A stretch of 64,000 nucleotides of DNA, from the NCBI GenBank assembly GCA_963792585.1, contig CAWBWI010000001.1, positions 736,001-800,000 on the forward strand, given 5' to 3'. Below, one piece after another: positions 37,808-49,376 of the stretch. Both the position numbers and the translations under genes were made by a program. The stretch comes from Candidatus Eiseniibacteriota bacterium (lineage in GTDB: Bacteria; Eisenbacteria; RBG-16-71-46; CAIMUX01; VGJL01). The notes under the pieces are model-generated. The model saw only the letters and a program-made list of their open reading frames with translations. It searched no databases and was not told the origin of the DNA. Position 1 is the first letter of the stretch, and the number at the start of each line of letters is the position of its first letter.

Positions 37808-39418
37808 CTAGCGGGTTCTGGACTGCCAGTCCCCGGCGGACTCCTTCCGAGCCATGTCCTCAGCTTGCGGGAAGAGGGCGAGGGCCGCGGTCACCTGCGG
37901 ATCCGTGTCGATGACGGCCTGCCAACGGGCTTCGTCGCCGTAGATATTGCGCGCCATCTCCCGCTTGATACCCGCCCGGACGTCGGCCATCTCCGCCTTC
38001 ATGCTGTCGGCCGAGTATGCGACCTTGCGCTCCTTCAGGAATCCCTCGAAGCGCCGCACGACGTCGTCGGGGATCACGTAGTCTCGCCGGAAGGCATCTC
38101 CGTTTGCGAAGCTCGGCTTCGTCTCCCCGACATACAGGTTGGCGAAGTCGAAGTAGCTGTTCGCGAGCTTCTGCTGCAACTTGCTCGGCAGGGGACGCTG
38201 CGCCAGCTTGACATCGGGAGCAATCCCACCGCCGCCGAGGACGGTACGCCCCGCCGCCGTCTTGAATGCGGGCATCTTCTCGTGGGCCGTATCCTGAGCC
38301 GCCTCCTGTTCCACCTCGGCCGCCGACTCCTCCAGATACCGCTCGCGGTCGCTGTAGTCCCTCTGAATCAATCTACCGCTCGGCGTGTAGTAGCGTGCGA
38401 CCGTTAGGAGCAGGGCGCCGCCGTTCTTCAGGGGGTATTGCCGTTGCACGAGTCCCTTGCCCCAGCTCGTCTCGCCGACAACCAGCCCGCGGTCCCAATC
38501 CTGCAGGGCACCGGACACGATCTCGGAGGCGCTCGCCGTGCCGTGGTTGATCAGCACGATCAGCGGGTACTTCGTGTGCTTGCCGCGCCCTGTCGAGAAA
38601 TACTCCTCGTTGGAGTCGGGGATCCGGCCAAGCGTGTAGACGAGTTTCTTACCGGCGGGGAGGAACTTGTCGGACATCTCGATCGCCTGGTTCAGATACC
38701 CGCCGGCATTGCCACGCAGATCGAGGACGAGCTTCTCCATGCCCTGGGATTCGAGCTTCTGCAGCGCCGTCTCGAGCTCGTCGCTCGTGGTCGCCGAGAA
38801 CCGGTTGACATAGACGTAACCGATGCCCGGCTTCAACATGAACGACGCGGGGACGCTGTAGATCGGGATTTCCTCGCGGACGATGTCGAACTCGAGCGGG
38901 TCCTTCTCACCGGGCCGCCGCACGGTCACGTGGACGACGGTGCCACGCTCACCCCGAAGCTTGTCGAAGACCTCTTCTTCCTTGATCCCCTTGGCGGTGG
39001 TTCCGTCGATCTTGCTGATGACGTCGCCCGCCCGGATACCCAGCTTGTCCGAGGGGGAACCCGCGATGGCAGAGATCACCGTCAGGTCACCGTCGACGAT
39101 CGCGAATGAGACCCCGATCCCGTAGTAGGTCCCGCGGTTGCGTTCCTGCATCTTCTGGAAGCGATCCGGGTCGAGGTAGTTGGAGTGCGGGTCGAGCTGG
39201 TCGAGCACCCCCTTGATCGCGCCATCGACCAGGTCTTCGCCGTTCGTCTTCTCGACATAGTTGTCGTTGACCAGCGAAAGGACCTCGGTCAGCACCTGGA
39301 GCTGGCTATAAACGGTCCGTCCGGCCGCCATCCCGGTATTGAGGGCGCCGGCCCCCGCCAGAATGGCGACGAGCGCTACGCAGCCGGTGACGACAAGGAC
39401 GATACGCTTCGGGTTCAT
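37808..39418 (-). CDS. S41 family C-terminal processing peptidase (CtpA/Prc-like)
   Basis: LDPHSNY, PDZ GIGV, LDLRGNAGG, TASASEIV, SWGKGLVQ, ARYYTPSGR. Confidence 0.95.
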   Translation of the reverse strand: MNPKRIVLVVTGCVALVAILAGAGALNTGMAAGRTVYSQLQVLTEVLSLVNDNYVEKTNGEDLVDGAIKGVLDQLDPHSNYLDPDRFQKMQERNRGTYYGIGVSFAIVDGDLTVISAIAGSPSDKLGIRAGDVISKIDGTTAKGIKEEEVFDKLRGERGTVVHVTVRRPGEKDPLEFDIVREEIPIYSVPASFMLKPGIGYVYVNRFSATTSDELETALQKLESQGMEKLVLDLRGNAGGYLNQAIEMSDKFLPAGKKLVYTLGRIPDSNEEYFSTGRGKHTKYPLIVLINHGTASASEIVSGALQDWDRGLVVGETSWGKGLVQRQYPLKNGGALLLTVARYYTPSGRLIQRDYSDRERYLEESAAEVEQEAAQDTAHEKMPAFKTAAGRTVLGGGGIAPDVKLAQRPLPSKLQQKLANSYFDFANLYVGETKPSFANGDAFRRDYVIPDDVVRRFEGFLKERKVAYSADSMKAEMADVRAGIKREMARNIYGDEARWQAVIDTDPQVTAALALFPQAEDMARKESAGDWQSRTR

Positions 39419-39539
39419 CCTGCTTCTCCCTTCAAGGTGCGGTCGGGTCTTCGTCCGCTACGATCGGCCGGAAGACCCCCGTCCATCGGCTAAATTACCA
39501 CATTGCAGGGAACAAGGTTGCGGAGAAACCGGTTCCGCG

Positions 39540-39568
39540 TTGCCCGTCTTTATTCCTTGCCGTATCGT
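39540..39568 (+). promoter_or_regulatory. Sigma-70-like promoter for nucleotide-sugar genes
   Basis: TTGCCC-17 bp-TATCGT. Confidence 0.4.
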
Positions 39569-39678
39569 CCCTCTCGTTGGGCGTGGGGAAAAGGCCCCCG
39601 GCCGGCCGGCGGAACCCCCTCGGGGCTCAAGACGGCCTTACCGGCGCCCGATCCGAATGCAGAGGAGGAGGTGGGTCC

Positions 39679-40982
39679 GTGAACCTCGAAAGCAAACTGC
39701 GCGATCGATCTGCACATCTTTCAGTCATCGGTCTCGGGTACGTCGGTTTGCCTTTGGCCACCGAGTTCGCCAAGGCGGGTTTCCGTGTGACCGGCATCGA
39801 GTTGGACGCCGGAAAGGTCGCCTCGATCATGAAGGGGGTCTCCTATATCCAGGATGTCCCCAGTGAGTGGATTGCCCCGCTCGTGCGAGATGGGCGCCTT
39901 GCCGCCACGACCGACTATTCGGTCCTGGCCGGCTGCGATACGGTCAACATCTGTGTCCCGACGCCGCTCGGGAAGACGCGGGCCCCGGACCTCTCCTACA
40001 TCAACGGCGCCGTCGAGAGGATCGCGGAATTCCTTCATCCCGGGATGCTGATCATCCTCGAGAGCACGACCTACCCGGGGACGACGGATGAGGTGATTCA
40101 GGCCCGGCTCGAACTGACCGGGCTTCGGACGGGCACGGACTTCCACCTCGCCTTTTCCCCGGAGCGCGTCGACCCGGGCAATCCGGTGTATCAGACGAGG
40201 AACATCCCCAAGGTGGTGGGCGGCTTCACGCCGGAGTGCACCCGCCTGGCGAAGATCCTCTACGAATCCTGCGATGGACACGGTGGTCCCGGTCAGGCTC
40301 CACGAGGGTCGCCGAGATGGTCAAGCTGCTCGAGAACACCTTCCGAAGCGTGAACATCGGGCTCGTCAACGAGCTTGCGCTCCTGTGCGACCGGATGGGA
40401 ATCGACGTCTGGGACGTCATCGACGCGGCGGCCACGAAACCGTTCGGGTTCATGCCGTTCTATCCCGGGTCCGGGCTTGGGCGGCCACTGCATCCCGATC
40501 GATCCGTTCTACCTCTCCTGGAAGGCGCGGGCGGCCGGCTTCGAGGCTCGCTTCATCGAACTCGCGGGTCAGGTCAACTCCTACATGCCGCGAACACGTC
40601 GTGGAGCGGATCGCGTCGCGCTGAACTCGATCCGCCGGAGCGTGAACGGCTCGAAGGTCCTCGTCCTCGGCGTCGCCTACAAGGCCGACATCGACGACCT
40701 GCGCGAATCTCCCGCGCTCGACATCCTGAAGCGACTCGCGGAGATGGGGGCGCCGAGTTTAGTACCACGACCCGTATCGTGCCCTCGCTGGACGTCGGGG
40801 AGATCCACCTCGAGTCGGTCGACCTGACGGACGACGCGCTGCGGCGAGTGCGACTGCGCCGTCCTGATCACCGCCCACAAGGAGTTGCCCTACGACCGCA
40901 TTCTCGAGCGGAGAGTCGGCTCGTCGTGGACACCCGCAACGGTTGGAAAGGGGTGAGCAGCCCGAAGCTGCACCGGCTCTGA
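39679..40982 (+). CDS. Nucleotide-sugar dehydrogenase (WbpA/TviB/WecC family), several frameshifts
   Basis: [67 protein letters not shown] spread over three frames. Confidence 0.88.
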
Positions 40983-40996
40983 GGCAGGAGGCATCA

Positions 40997-41953
40997 TTGG
41001 GCGACATCGTGCTCGTCGACGGGCGGGGCCGGGTTCATCGGCTCCCACCTGGCCGAGAGGCGTCTCGAGGACGGCCGCAACGGTCCGCATCCTGGACGAT
41101 CTCTCGACGGGACATCGGGAGAACGTGGATCGACTGAGCGCGCGGTTCACGGGGCAAGCTCGAGGTCATCGACGGGGACATCCGCGACCGGGACACGCGT
41201 CGGCCCGGGCGATGCAGGATGTGCGGGAGGTCCTCCACGAGGCGGCTCTGCCGTCCGTCGAGCGCTCGGTCCGCGACCCGTGGACGAGCCACGAGGTCAA
41301 CGTGGACGGGACGCTCGGGCTTCTGGAGGCCGCCCGCGCGAGAGCGAAGGTCCGTCGGTTCGTCCTCGCGGGCTCCTCTTCGTCTACGGAGACCAGCCGG
41401 AGCTGCCCAAGCGCGAGACGATGGCCCCCTCCCCGCGATCGCCCTACGCCCTGTCGAAACTCATCGCCGAGCAGTACGACGCGGCTCTATGCGGAGCTCT
41501 ATGGGCTCCCGACCTTGACCTTCCGCTACTTCAACGTCTTCGGTCCCCGCCAGGACCCGGACTCTCCCTACGCGGCGGTCATCCCCCTCTTCCTCAGGCC
41601 ATCCGGACAGGGGGAGTCGCCGACGATCTACGGCGACGGCGGGCAGACCCGCGACTTCACCTTCATCGACAACGTCGTCGAAGCGAACATCGCCGCGCTC
41701 GACTGCCCGCCGCCGAACGGGGACGCCGATGAACATCGCCTGCGGACGGCAGACGTCGCTCCTTCAGTTGCTGGACGGGCTGTGCGACGTGTGCGCGACC
41801 AAGGTCCAACCGGACTTCCAACCACCCCGGCAGGGGGACGTCCGGGATTCCGTGGCCGACATCAGCCGAGCGACCGATCGGCTCGCCTTCGCCCCGAAGG
41901 TCTCGTTGGAAGAGGGGCTCAAGCGAACGGTGGAGTGGTTCACGCGGAGTTGA
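40997..41953 (+). CDS. NAD-dependent nucleotide-sugar epimerase (WbpP-like SDR), several frameshifts
   Basis: GGAGFIGSHL, HEAALPSVERSV.DP, SPYALSK, RYFNVFGPRQDPDSPYAAVIP, GDGGQTRDF, GDVRDSVAD. Confidence 0.85.
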
Positions 41954-42063
41954 TCCGGACGCGGCGATCTGCCCGCAACTCATGCTTTTTGCGGCTCCCC
42001 ACGCGGCAGTTCCGATCGCGATCCGACTGCCGGGTTCGTTCTGCACAAGCGCAACATATTGTG

Positions 42064-42127
42064 AAACAATGCGTTAGACTACCTCGAAAGAACGCCGCAA
42101 CTTGCCCTTCCCGGGCACGATAGTCGC
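42064..42127 (+). promoter_or_regulatory. Sigma-54 promoter with upstream IHF-like site
   Basis: GGCACG-ATAG-TCGC (GG 42114-15, GC 42126-27, 10-bp spacing); AAACAATGCGTTA at 42064-42076 is one mismatch from WATCAANNNNTTR. Confidence 0.62.
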
Positions 42128-42144
42128 CATGGAGTGGATCGACC

Positions 42145-43365
42145 ATGATGTCGATTCACCTGAATGCCCGGGCAAGCCTGCTGGGACTCCTTTGCCTCGC
42201 GGGAACCGCGACGAGCGGCCTTTCCGGCGACCTTGGGGGTCAGGCGGGACATTTGCGTTCGAGTCGCTCCGGAGACCTTCTACGGCCTCCGAGGCGGTCT
42301 TCGGGGGCAGTTGCGGCCCCGAAGCCGGTCCGGAAGCGGCCCGGAGCAACCCGGCCGCCCTCAGCGGCATCCTCGATTTGACCTTGGCGGCCAGCCATCA
42401 GTCTTGGCAGACGGACCTTCAGGAGCAATGGAGCGGTCTCGCATTCCCGATCCCCCGCGGGGGAGCCTCCGTGGAGATCTCCGCGTTCCACGCGGGTGCA
42501 CTGGAGGCCTCTCGCCTGACGGTCTTTCGCTTGGCTCTTTCCGGCCAGTTGAGTTCCTGGCGGGCCTGGGCGCAGGCGTCACGGTCCGTCCGGGACTGCG
42601 GGCTGGATTGTCCGTGCACGGCCTCTACCTCGGAAGCGATGGGAGCCGGCTGACAGGCATGTCCGTGGGCGGCGGATTGGAGTGGGACGTTTCGGGAATG
42701 ACGCTCGGCATGGCTGCCCGAAACATCGGGGCGCGTCCGAGGGGAGACCAGGGGGTCTATCGACTCCCGGCGGAATTCACCTTCAGCGCGAGGTCCGACG
42801 TCCGCAGACGCGCGACGCTCGGGCTGGTTGCGACGCGGGATCGGGACGGAGAGATGCGGGGATCTCTGGCCTCGCGCGTGCGGCTGCACGGCGGCGTCTC
42901 GCTCATGGCGGGAACGCGGTACGAGACGGCTGCGGATTCGGAACCGGTCCGCGGGAGCGCCGGGCTCGAAGTGCAACTCGGCGCCCTCATGATCGGCTAC
43001 GCGCTCACGCCCGGAGACGAGCTGGGATCCGGACACGTTGTCTCGGTTCGCTTCACGCGGACCCGATCCCAGCGGCCGACCGCCGTTCTCGCCGCGCCGT
43101 CGCCCGATCCGGTTCACCGTCCTTCACCAGCATCCGCGGAACTTGGAGTCCCGGCACCCGCCACGTACGCGGTCTGGGTGGGATCCACCGATCTCCCGCG
43201 AGCGCGACCGCGGAGGTGCGCGCCCTGCGCGCTCAGAGGCTCCCGGGAGCCGATGTGATCGCCCTCGATGACGGGACCTACCGCGTCCGCATTGCGCGGC
43301 ACCTCCCGCGGGAGGAAGCGACTCTGCTCGCGCAACGCCTCCAAGCGGTCACCGAAGTCGAGTAG
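42145..43365 (+). CDS. PorV/PorQ-like outer-membrane beta-barrel with C-terminal SPOR-like domain, frameshifted
   Basis: NPAAL...SHQSW, LGMAARNIG, amphipathic strands ending HVVSVRF, Pro linker, then YAVWVG...GTYRVRI...EEATLLAQRL; pieces in different frames. Confidence 0.6.
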
Positions 43366-43432
43366 CCTGCTTGCCACCGTCCCCTCGGGCCGATACGCTC
43401 CAGCGGGGGTGATCCCCCGGCAAGGAGCGGGC

Positions 43433-44502
43433 ATGGCGCGGTTCGTCATCACGGGTGGGGCGGGGTTCATCGGTTCGCACGCCGCGGAGCACTTCGCGGC
43501 GCGGGGTCACGAGGTGGTCGTCGTCGACAATCTCTCGCGGGGCACGCTCCTCCAGAAGGCGGATCCCAACGCCACCGCACAACTGGGACTATCTGGGGGC
43601 GATTCCCGGGATCGAGACGGGTGCGCGGCGACATGCGGGAGGCCGGGTTGATGGACCGCCTGGTTCGGGACGCCGACGCGATTCTCCACGCCGCGGCGCA
43701 GACGGCCGTGACGACCTCGACGATCGACCCCGAGACCGACTTCACGTCCAATGCGCTGGGCACCTTCCGCGTTCTCGAGGCGGCGCGCAGGTCGCGACGC
43801 CAACCGACCGTCATCTACTGCTCGACGAACAAGGTCTACGGCGCGAACGTCAACCGCGTGCCGATTCTCGGTCGAGGACCGAATCGCTATGATTCGGCGA
43901 GCCGTACACGCGGGGGATTCGAGGAGACCTTCGGGATCGACCTGTGCGAGCACACCCCCTACGGTTGCTCGAAGCTGACCGGCGACCTCTACGTCCAGGA
44001 CTATCGGCCATCTCTACGGTCTGCGCGACGGCGTCTTCCGGATGTCGTGCATCTACGGAACGCGTCAGTTCGGCATGGAGGACCAAGGGCTGGGTGGCGT
44101 GGTTCGTCCTGGCCGCGTTGACCGGCGCGCCGCTCTGACCGTCTTCGGCGACGGCCGCCAGGTCCGCGACGTCCTCTGGGTCGACGATCTCGTGCGCGCC
44201 TACGAGGCCTTCCTCGAGGGGGCCGCAGATCGGCGTCTACAATATGGGCGGCGGTCCCCAGATGACCCTCTCCCTGCTGGAACTCGTGGATCAGCTCGAG
44301 GCGCGATTGGGGCACCCGGTCCAGTACGGGATCGGACCCTGGCGGCCCAGCGATCAGAAGGTCTACATCTCCTGCATCGATCGCGCACGGGCGGAACTCG
44401 GCTGGGAGCCGAGGGTCGACTCCATCCGAGGGTGTCGACCGGCTGATCGCCTGGGCCCAGCAGAAGATCGATCTCTTCGCCCATCTGCGCCCGACTGGGT
44501 AA
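43433..44502 (+). CDS. NAD-dependent epimerase (CDP-paratose 2-epimerase-like), several frameshifts
   Basis: ITGGAGFIGSH, HAAAQTAVTTS, STNKVYG, TPYGCSK, MSCIYGTRQFG.EDQG, GDGRQVRDVL, RPSDQKVY. Confidence 0.85.
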
Positions 44503-44567
44503 TCTTGCTCATGCTCTGAGTCCCTCCGGCCGATATCCCTTTGGGGATGTTTGCCCAGGAGGAGTGC

Positions 44568-46306
44568 ATGGGAAGAGTCGAGTCGGTGGTGGCGGGGATT
44601 CCCCTCGGCGATGCCGCAGACCTACGCGCGCGGATGGATGAGCTGGCCGCCCTGGTTCCCGACCTTCCCCCATGGTCGGGGAACGGCTCGGACGCGCGAA
44701 CGGCGCCGCCCTCCTCGACCTGATCGAGCACAAGCAGCGACAGCTGATCCAGTTCAACGTCCGCTTGGCCGGGCTGCGGGAGCTGACCGAAGCGCTCCTG
44801 CGCGACCCGGAAGAGGAACGCGTGCTCCGATCGATCAGCCTCTATCTCGGGCACGCCTATGGTCTGCCGGAGGTTCGTCGTCCTCACGCGGACTCCGGAA
44901 GGAGGTCTTCGCGGCTATCGCTCCCGGGGGATCGGCAAGGGCCTCTGCGAGGCAGTCCGCTGGTCCGGGGAGAGCCTCAATGGAACGGCTTGGGAGACGC
45001 GCGCTCAGCGGGAAAACGGTCGAGGTCGATGACGACCCGGCCGCACCGGACACATCCGTCGCACTTCCGTTGATCTTCCCGCTCGTGACGGGGGACGACG
45101 ACGAGAGGCGGGCCGGGGGTGATGGGATTGTTGGCGTTGCGCCCCGATCCCGCGACGGGCGCCGGAACGGATCCGCTGGAGCTCGAGCAGATCGTCTTCC
45201 AGGCGGCCACTCTCTTCGAGAGCGTTCGTCACCACCGCCGCGCGATGCAGGAGACCCGCTTCCGCGAATGTCTCTTCCAGGCCATGGGGGATGGCCTGAT
45301 CGCGACCGACCCGATGGGGAAGGTCACCGCCGTCAATCGGGCCGCGCTCGAGCTATTCGGGTCTGAGGCCGGTTTCCTCATGTCCCATCCGGTGGAGCGC
45401 CTGTCGGAGCAAGCCCCGCAGGTCGTGGAACTCTTCCGCAGCGCTCTCGATGGCAGGCTGCCTGCGGGGCCCGTGGAGGCGTGGATCCGCAACGGAGAGG
45501 AACGCATCCCCGTGAGTCTCGCCATCGTTGGATTCGAGGAGGAACCTGGAAATCCGGGCGGTATGGTCGCGACGCTTTCCGACCTGCGCCCGGTTCGCGC
45601 GATGGAGGAGGAGATGCGGCGGCTGGACCGGCTCGCCGCGCTGGGTCGGTTCGCGACGGCGGTCGCGCACGAGATTCGCAACCCCCTCGCGGCGATCGGC
45701 GCAGGGATCGACTACCTGAGCCGGGCGGTGGGGCAGGAACGCTCCAGCGAGATCGGAATGCTCCGCAGCGAGATCCGTCGGCTCGATCGGATCGTCCGTG
45801 ACCTGCTCGAGCCGGCGAAGAGGCGACCGCTCGATTGCAGACAGATCGAGGTGGCGGCGCTCGTGGATCGGGCCCGCAGGGCGACCGAGCCCATGGCGCA
45901 GGAACGGCGTCAGAGGTTCGTGTTGCGAACCCCGGCCGAGGAGGCGCTCCGCGCTTCGACCGTCGTGGTCGACGAGGAACGAATGCTCCAGGTCCTCGTG
46001 AACCTGGTCCGCAATGCGGTCGAGGCCTCCCCCGAGGACGGAGAAATCGAGATCGGGTGGGAACGCGAAGAGACGGAGAACCCACCCGCAACGCGCATTT
46101 GGATTCGGGATCACGGCCCCGGGATACCCCCCGAGGCGCTCTCGAGGATCTTCGAGCCGTTCTACTCGACCAAAGCCGGAGGCACGGGCCTCGGGCTCTA
46201 CGTCAGTCAGAGCGTGGTCGATCAGCATGGCGGCAGGTTGTTCGCGGAGATCGCCTCCGGCGGCGGCACCTGCATGCAGATCTGTCTGCCGGTGCCAACG
46301 GCATAG
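44568..46306 (+). CDS. Soluble PAS sensor histidine kinase, N-terminal part frameshifted
   Basis: PAS (GDGLIATD..G.VTAVNRAA), H-box AHEIRNPL, N-box QVLVNLVRNA, DHGPGI, FEPFYSTK, GTGLGL. Confidence 0.88.
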
Positions 46307-46318
46307 GAGGATACGCGC

Positions 46319-47732
46319 ATGACAGCTACGATCCTGATCGTCGATGACCAGGAGTCGCTGCGACATTTCCTGGCGAAGTCCCTTCAGGAGGACGGCTACG
46401 CGATCCAGACCGCGGGAACCCTCGCCGAGGGTTGGGCCCACGTGATGCAGGAGGGGACCGACCTGGTGCTCCTCGACCTGCGGCTACCCGACGGGCTGGG
46501 GATCACGATGCTCGAGCAACTCCACCAGCGGGAACCCGACCTTCCGGTCATCGTCATGACCGCATTCGGGGAGGTCCAGACCGCCGTCGCCGCCATGAAG
46601 GCCGGCGCCTACGACTTCTTGACCAAACCCTTCGATCTCGAGGAACTCCGCGTCCTCTGCGTCAAGGCCCTGGAGTCGGCCCGTGCATTCCGCGAGCTGT
46701 CGCATCATCGCAGGAATGAGAAGGAGCGCTACGCCCGCGATTTCGTGCGCGGTGTTTCGCCCGCGATCCGCTCCGTCTACGAGGTTGCGGAGAAGGTCGC
46801 CGTGAGCGACACGACGAGCGTGCTGATTCAGGGCGAGAGCGGTACGGGCAAGCAGGTAATCGCCCGTTACATTCACGACATGGGTCCCCTCGCCGATGGG
46901 CCTTTCCTCGAGATCAACTGCGCCGCGATCCCGTCCCGAACTGCTCGAGACCGAGCTCTTCGGCCACGAGAAGGGGGCCTTCACGGACGCGCGCGTCCGC
47001 AAGCAGGGATTGCTCGAACTCGCCGATAGGGGAAGCATCTTCCTCGACGAAATCGGGGAGATGAGCATGAACCTCCAGGTGAAGCTGCTGAAGGTTCTGG
47101 AGAGCATGACGTTCCGGCGCGTCGGCGGAACTCGGGACATCAAGGTCTCGGTCCGGATCCTCTCCGCCTCGAATCAGGATCTCTCCCGGATGGTCTCCGA
47201 AGGGCGCTTTCGCGAGGATCTCTACTATCGCCTCATGGTGGTTCCGATCCGGATGCCCTCTCTGAGGGAGCGACGGGAGGACATTCCGTTGTTGTCGGAC
47301 CACTTCGTCCGCAGTTTCGCCAAGGCATTCCGCAAGCGCTTCCATGGAGTCCGTCCGGAGGCGCTCGCGAAGCTCTACGAGTATCCGTGGCCCGGCAATA
47401 TCCGAGAACTGCGTAATGTTTTCGAGCGGACCGTCCTGCTGGAAGACGGGGAGTGGATCGAGCCCCAGCACCTGAAGCTCGGTATCGAATCGACCGCCGG
47501 CCGCAGGGGTGGGGATCTGCTCGAGTCGATCCGCGAGGTCCTGGTCGAGGGGAGAGTGGATCCGGCCGGTATCCCGTTCGAGCAGTGGGTCGAGGAACTC
47601 GAACGGGGGCTCATCCTGCGCGCGTTCGACGCCTCGGGCGGGAACCAGACCCGAACGGCGGAGATGCTGCAGACAACGCGCGACAAGCTCCGCTACCGAA
47701 TGAAGCAGTACGGCCTTCGCGAGGCCGCCTAG
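46319..47732 (+). CDS. Sigma-54-dependent response regulator (NtrC/AtoC family), one frameshift at about 46935
   Basis: REC domain, GESGTGK, INCAAIP, GAFTDA, FLDEIGE, WPGNIREL, C-terminal HTH. Confidence 0.93.
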
Positions 47733-47761
47733 CTCCAAACCCGACCTCCGCTATCACAGGA

Positions 47762-47800
47762 GCGGCCGCCTTGGACGATTGTCCCGGGGCGGCCGTCTTC
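47762..47800 (+). terminator. Probable terminator hairpin
   Basis: GCGGCCGCC...GGCGGCCGT followed by CTTC. Confidence 0.45.
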
Positions 47801-47834
47801 CTATACTCACCCCATGCGCCTCGACCGATCCGTC

Positions 47835-48335
47835 ATGCGATTCGCTCTGATCTTCCTACTCGCGCTCGTCGCGGGTTGCGGGCTCTATTCGTTCTCGGGA
47901 AGCTCGCTGCCGTCTCATATCAAGACGATCGCTGTCCCGATCATGGAGAACAAGACGCTCGACTACCAGGTGGCGAACGAGGCGACGGAGGCGATCACGC
48001 AGCGCTTCATCCAGGACAACCGGCTGAAGGTGGTGGGGGAGAGCCGGGCCGACTGCGTTCTGGAGGGGCAGATCACCTCCTACGAGAACAAGGTCTACAA
48101 CTACTCCGCCAGCCAAACCCCCGAGGACTACATCGTGGTCATTCGGGTCGCGGCCACGATGCGGGATGCCGTCAAGAACCGAGAACTCTGGAAACAGGAT
48201 CCGATCACCGTGTCGGCCATCTATACGGTCGTCCCGGGGAGCGCCCAGGAATTGAAGGACGAAGCCGGTGCGCGTCGCAAGGCGATCCAGAACCTCGCGG
48301 AGGACGTCCTGGCCCGGACGATGGAGCAGTGGTGA
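47835..48335 (+). CDS. lptE: LptE-family lipoprotein
   Basis: Lipobox VAGC, YSFSGSSLPSHIKTIAVP..ENKT; usual position upstream of holA. Confidence 0.82.
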   Translation: MRFALIFLLALVAGCGLYSFSGSSLPSHIKTIAVPIMENKTLDYQVANEATEAITQRFIQDNRLKVVGESRADCVLEGQITSYENKVYNYSASQTPEDYIVVIRVAATMRDAVKNRELWKQDPITVSAIYTVVPGSAQELKDEAGARRKAIQNLAEDVLARTMEQW

Positions 48336-49327
48336 GGGCGCTGGCCCGACGCGTCATCGATGCCGACGCGATCACGGCGCGGATCGAGCGACAGGGCGCG
48401 CCTGCGACACTCCTGCTCGCCGGCCCCGAGATTCTGCTCCGAGACGAGATCCTCGCCCGGATGCGCAGTGCCGTCGTCGGCGACACGGACCAAGGGCGCT
48501 GGAGCCGGGAGGTCTACGCCGCACGGGAAACCCCGCTGTCGGAGATCAATGCCGGCCTACGTGTCGTCGGTCTCTTCGCGGAATCGCGCCTCATCATCGT
48601 GAGCGAGGTCGAGCGCTACGGTCGCGTTTCCCAGGCCGATCGCAACGAGCTCTACCGCTGCCTCGAGCAACCCAGTCCGGGGATCCACCTCGCGCTCCTG
48701 AGCGAGAAGCCCCTCTGGGAACTGGAGCGGGCAAACGAGTTCCTGAAAGGCTGCCTCCAGAAGGTCGAGGCGGTCGTGCGTCTGGATCATCCGAGTGCGG
48801 ATCAGGCCGTGCAGATCGTCCGAAAGGTGGGCCGGGAACGTCATCGCCTCGAAATGTCCGAAGCGATCGCTCGGCGGCTCGTCGATGCCGTGGGACCGAA
48901 CTTGCTCGAACTGAGCCACGAGCTCGACCGGCTCGCCCTACGACTGGGCCCCGACGCGCGGGTCGATGAGTCGACCCTGGAGGATTGGCTCCGTAGCGGC
49001 GTCGTCGGCACCCTCGGCGACCTCGAGGCGGCGCTGATGGCGGAAGACGCCGGTCGAGCGCTTCGGTTCTGGGACACCGTGCGGCGCAACATGAACGCGC
49101 CGGCCGTCACATGGATGATGGGAAGCCGACACCTCGACCCGCGGTGGGGAAGGCAGGCGGGAGAGCGGGCCCCCTCCCGGTCGTTTCTCTCGAAGGTCCT
49201 ACGGGAGTGCTATCGGTTGGAACGGGCGGTGAAACGGGGGGAGATCCCCTCGCACCTGCAGGAAACCGCTTTCGAGGCGATGATTCTCAGACTTTGCGCG
49301 CAACGGCCGCAGCCTCCAACGCGTTGA
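48332..49327 (+). CDS. holA: DNA polymerase III delta subunit
   Basis: LLLAGPE.LL, LFAESRLIIV, LVDAVGPNL..L..ELDRL. Confidence 0.8.
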   Translation: MRALARRVIDADAITARIERQGAPATLLLAGPEILLRDEILARMRSAVVGDTDQGRWSREVYAARETPLSEINAGLRVVGLFAESRLIIVSEVERYGRVSQADRNELYRCLEQPSPGIHLALLSEKPLWELERANEFLKGCLQKVEAVVRLDHPSADQAVQIVRKVGRERHRLEMSEAIARRLVDAVGPNLLELSHELDRLALRLGPDARVDESTLEDWLRSGVVGTLGDLEAALMAEDAGRALRFWDTVRRNMNAPAVTWMMGSRHLDPRWGRQAGERAPSRSFLSKVLRECYRLERAVKRGEIPSHLQETAFEAMILRLCAQRPQPPTR

Positions 49328-49376
49328 GGATGCCTCCCCCGCCGGGTTCACGGTGGGGGAGTCGAAGGTGGATCGA

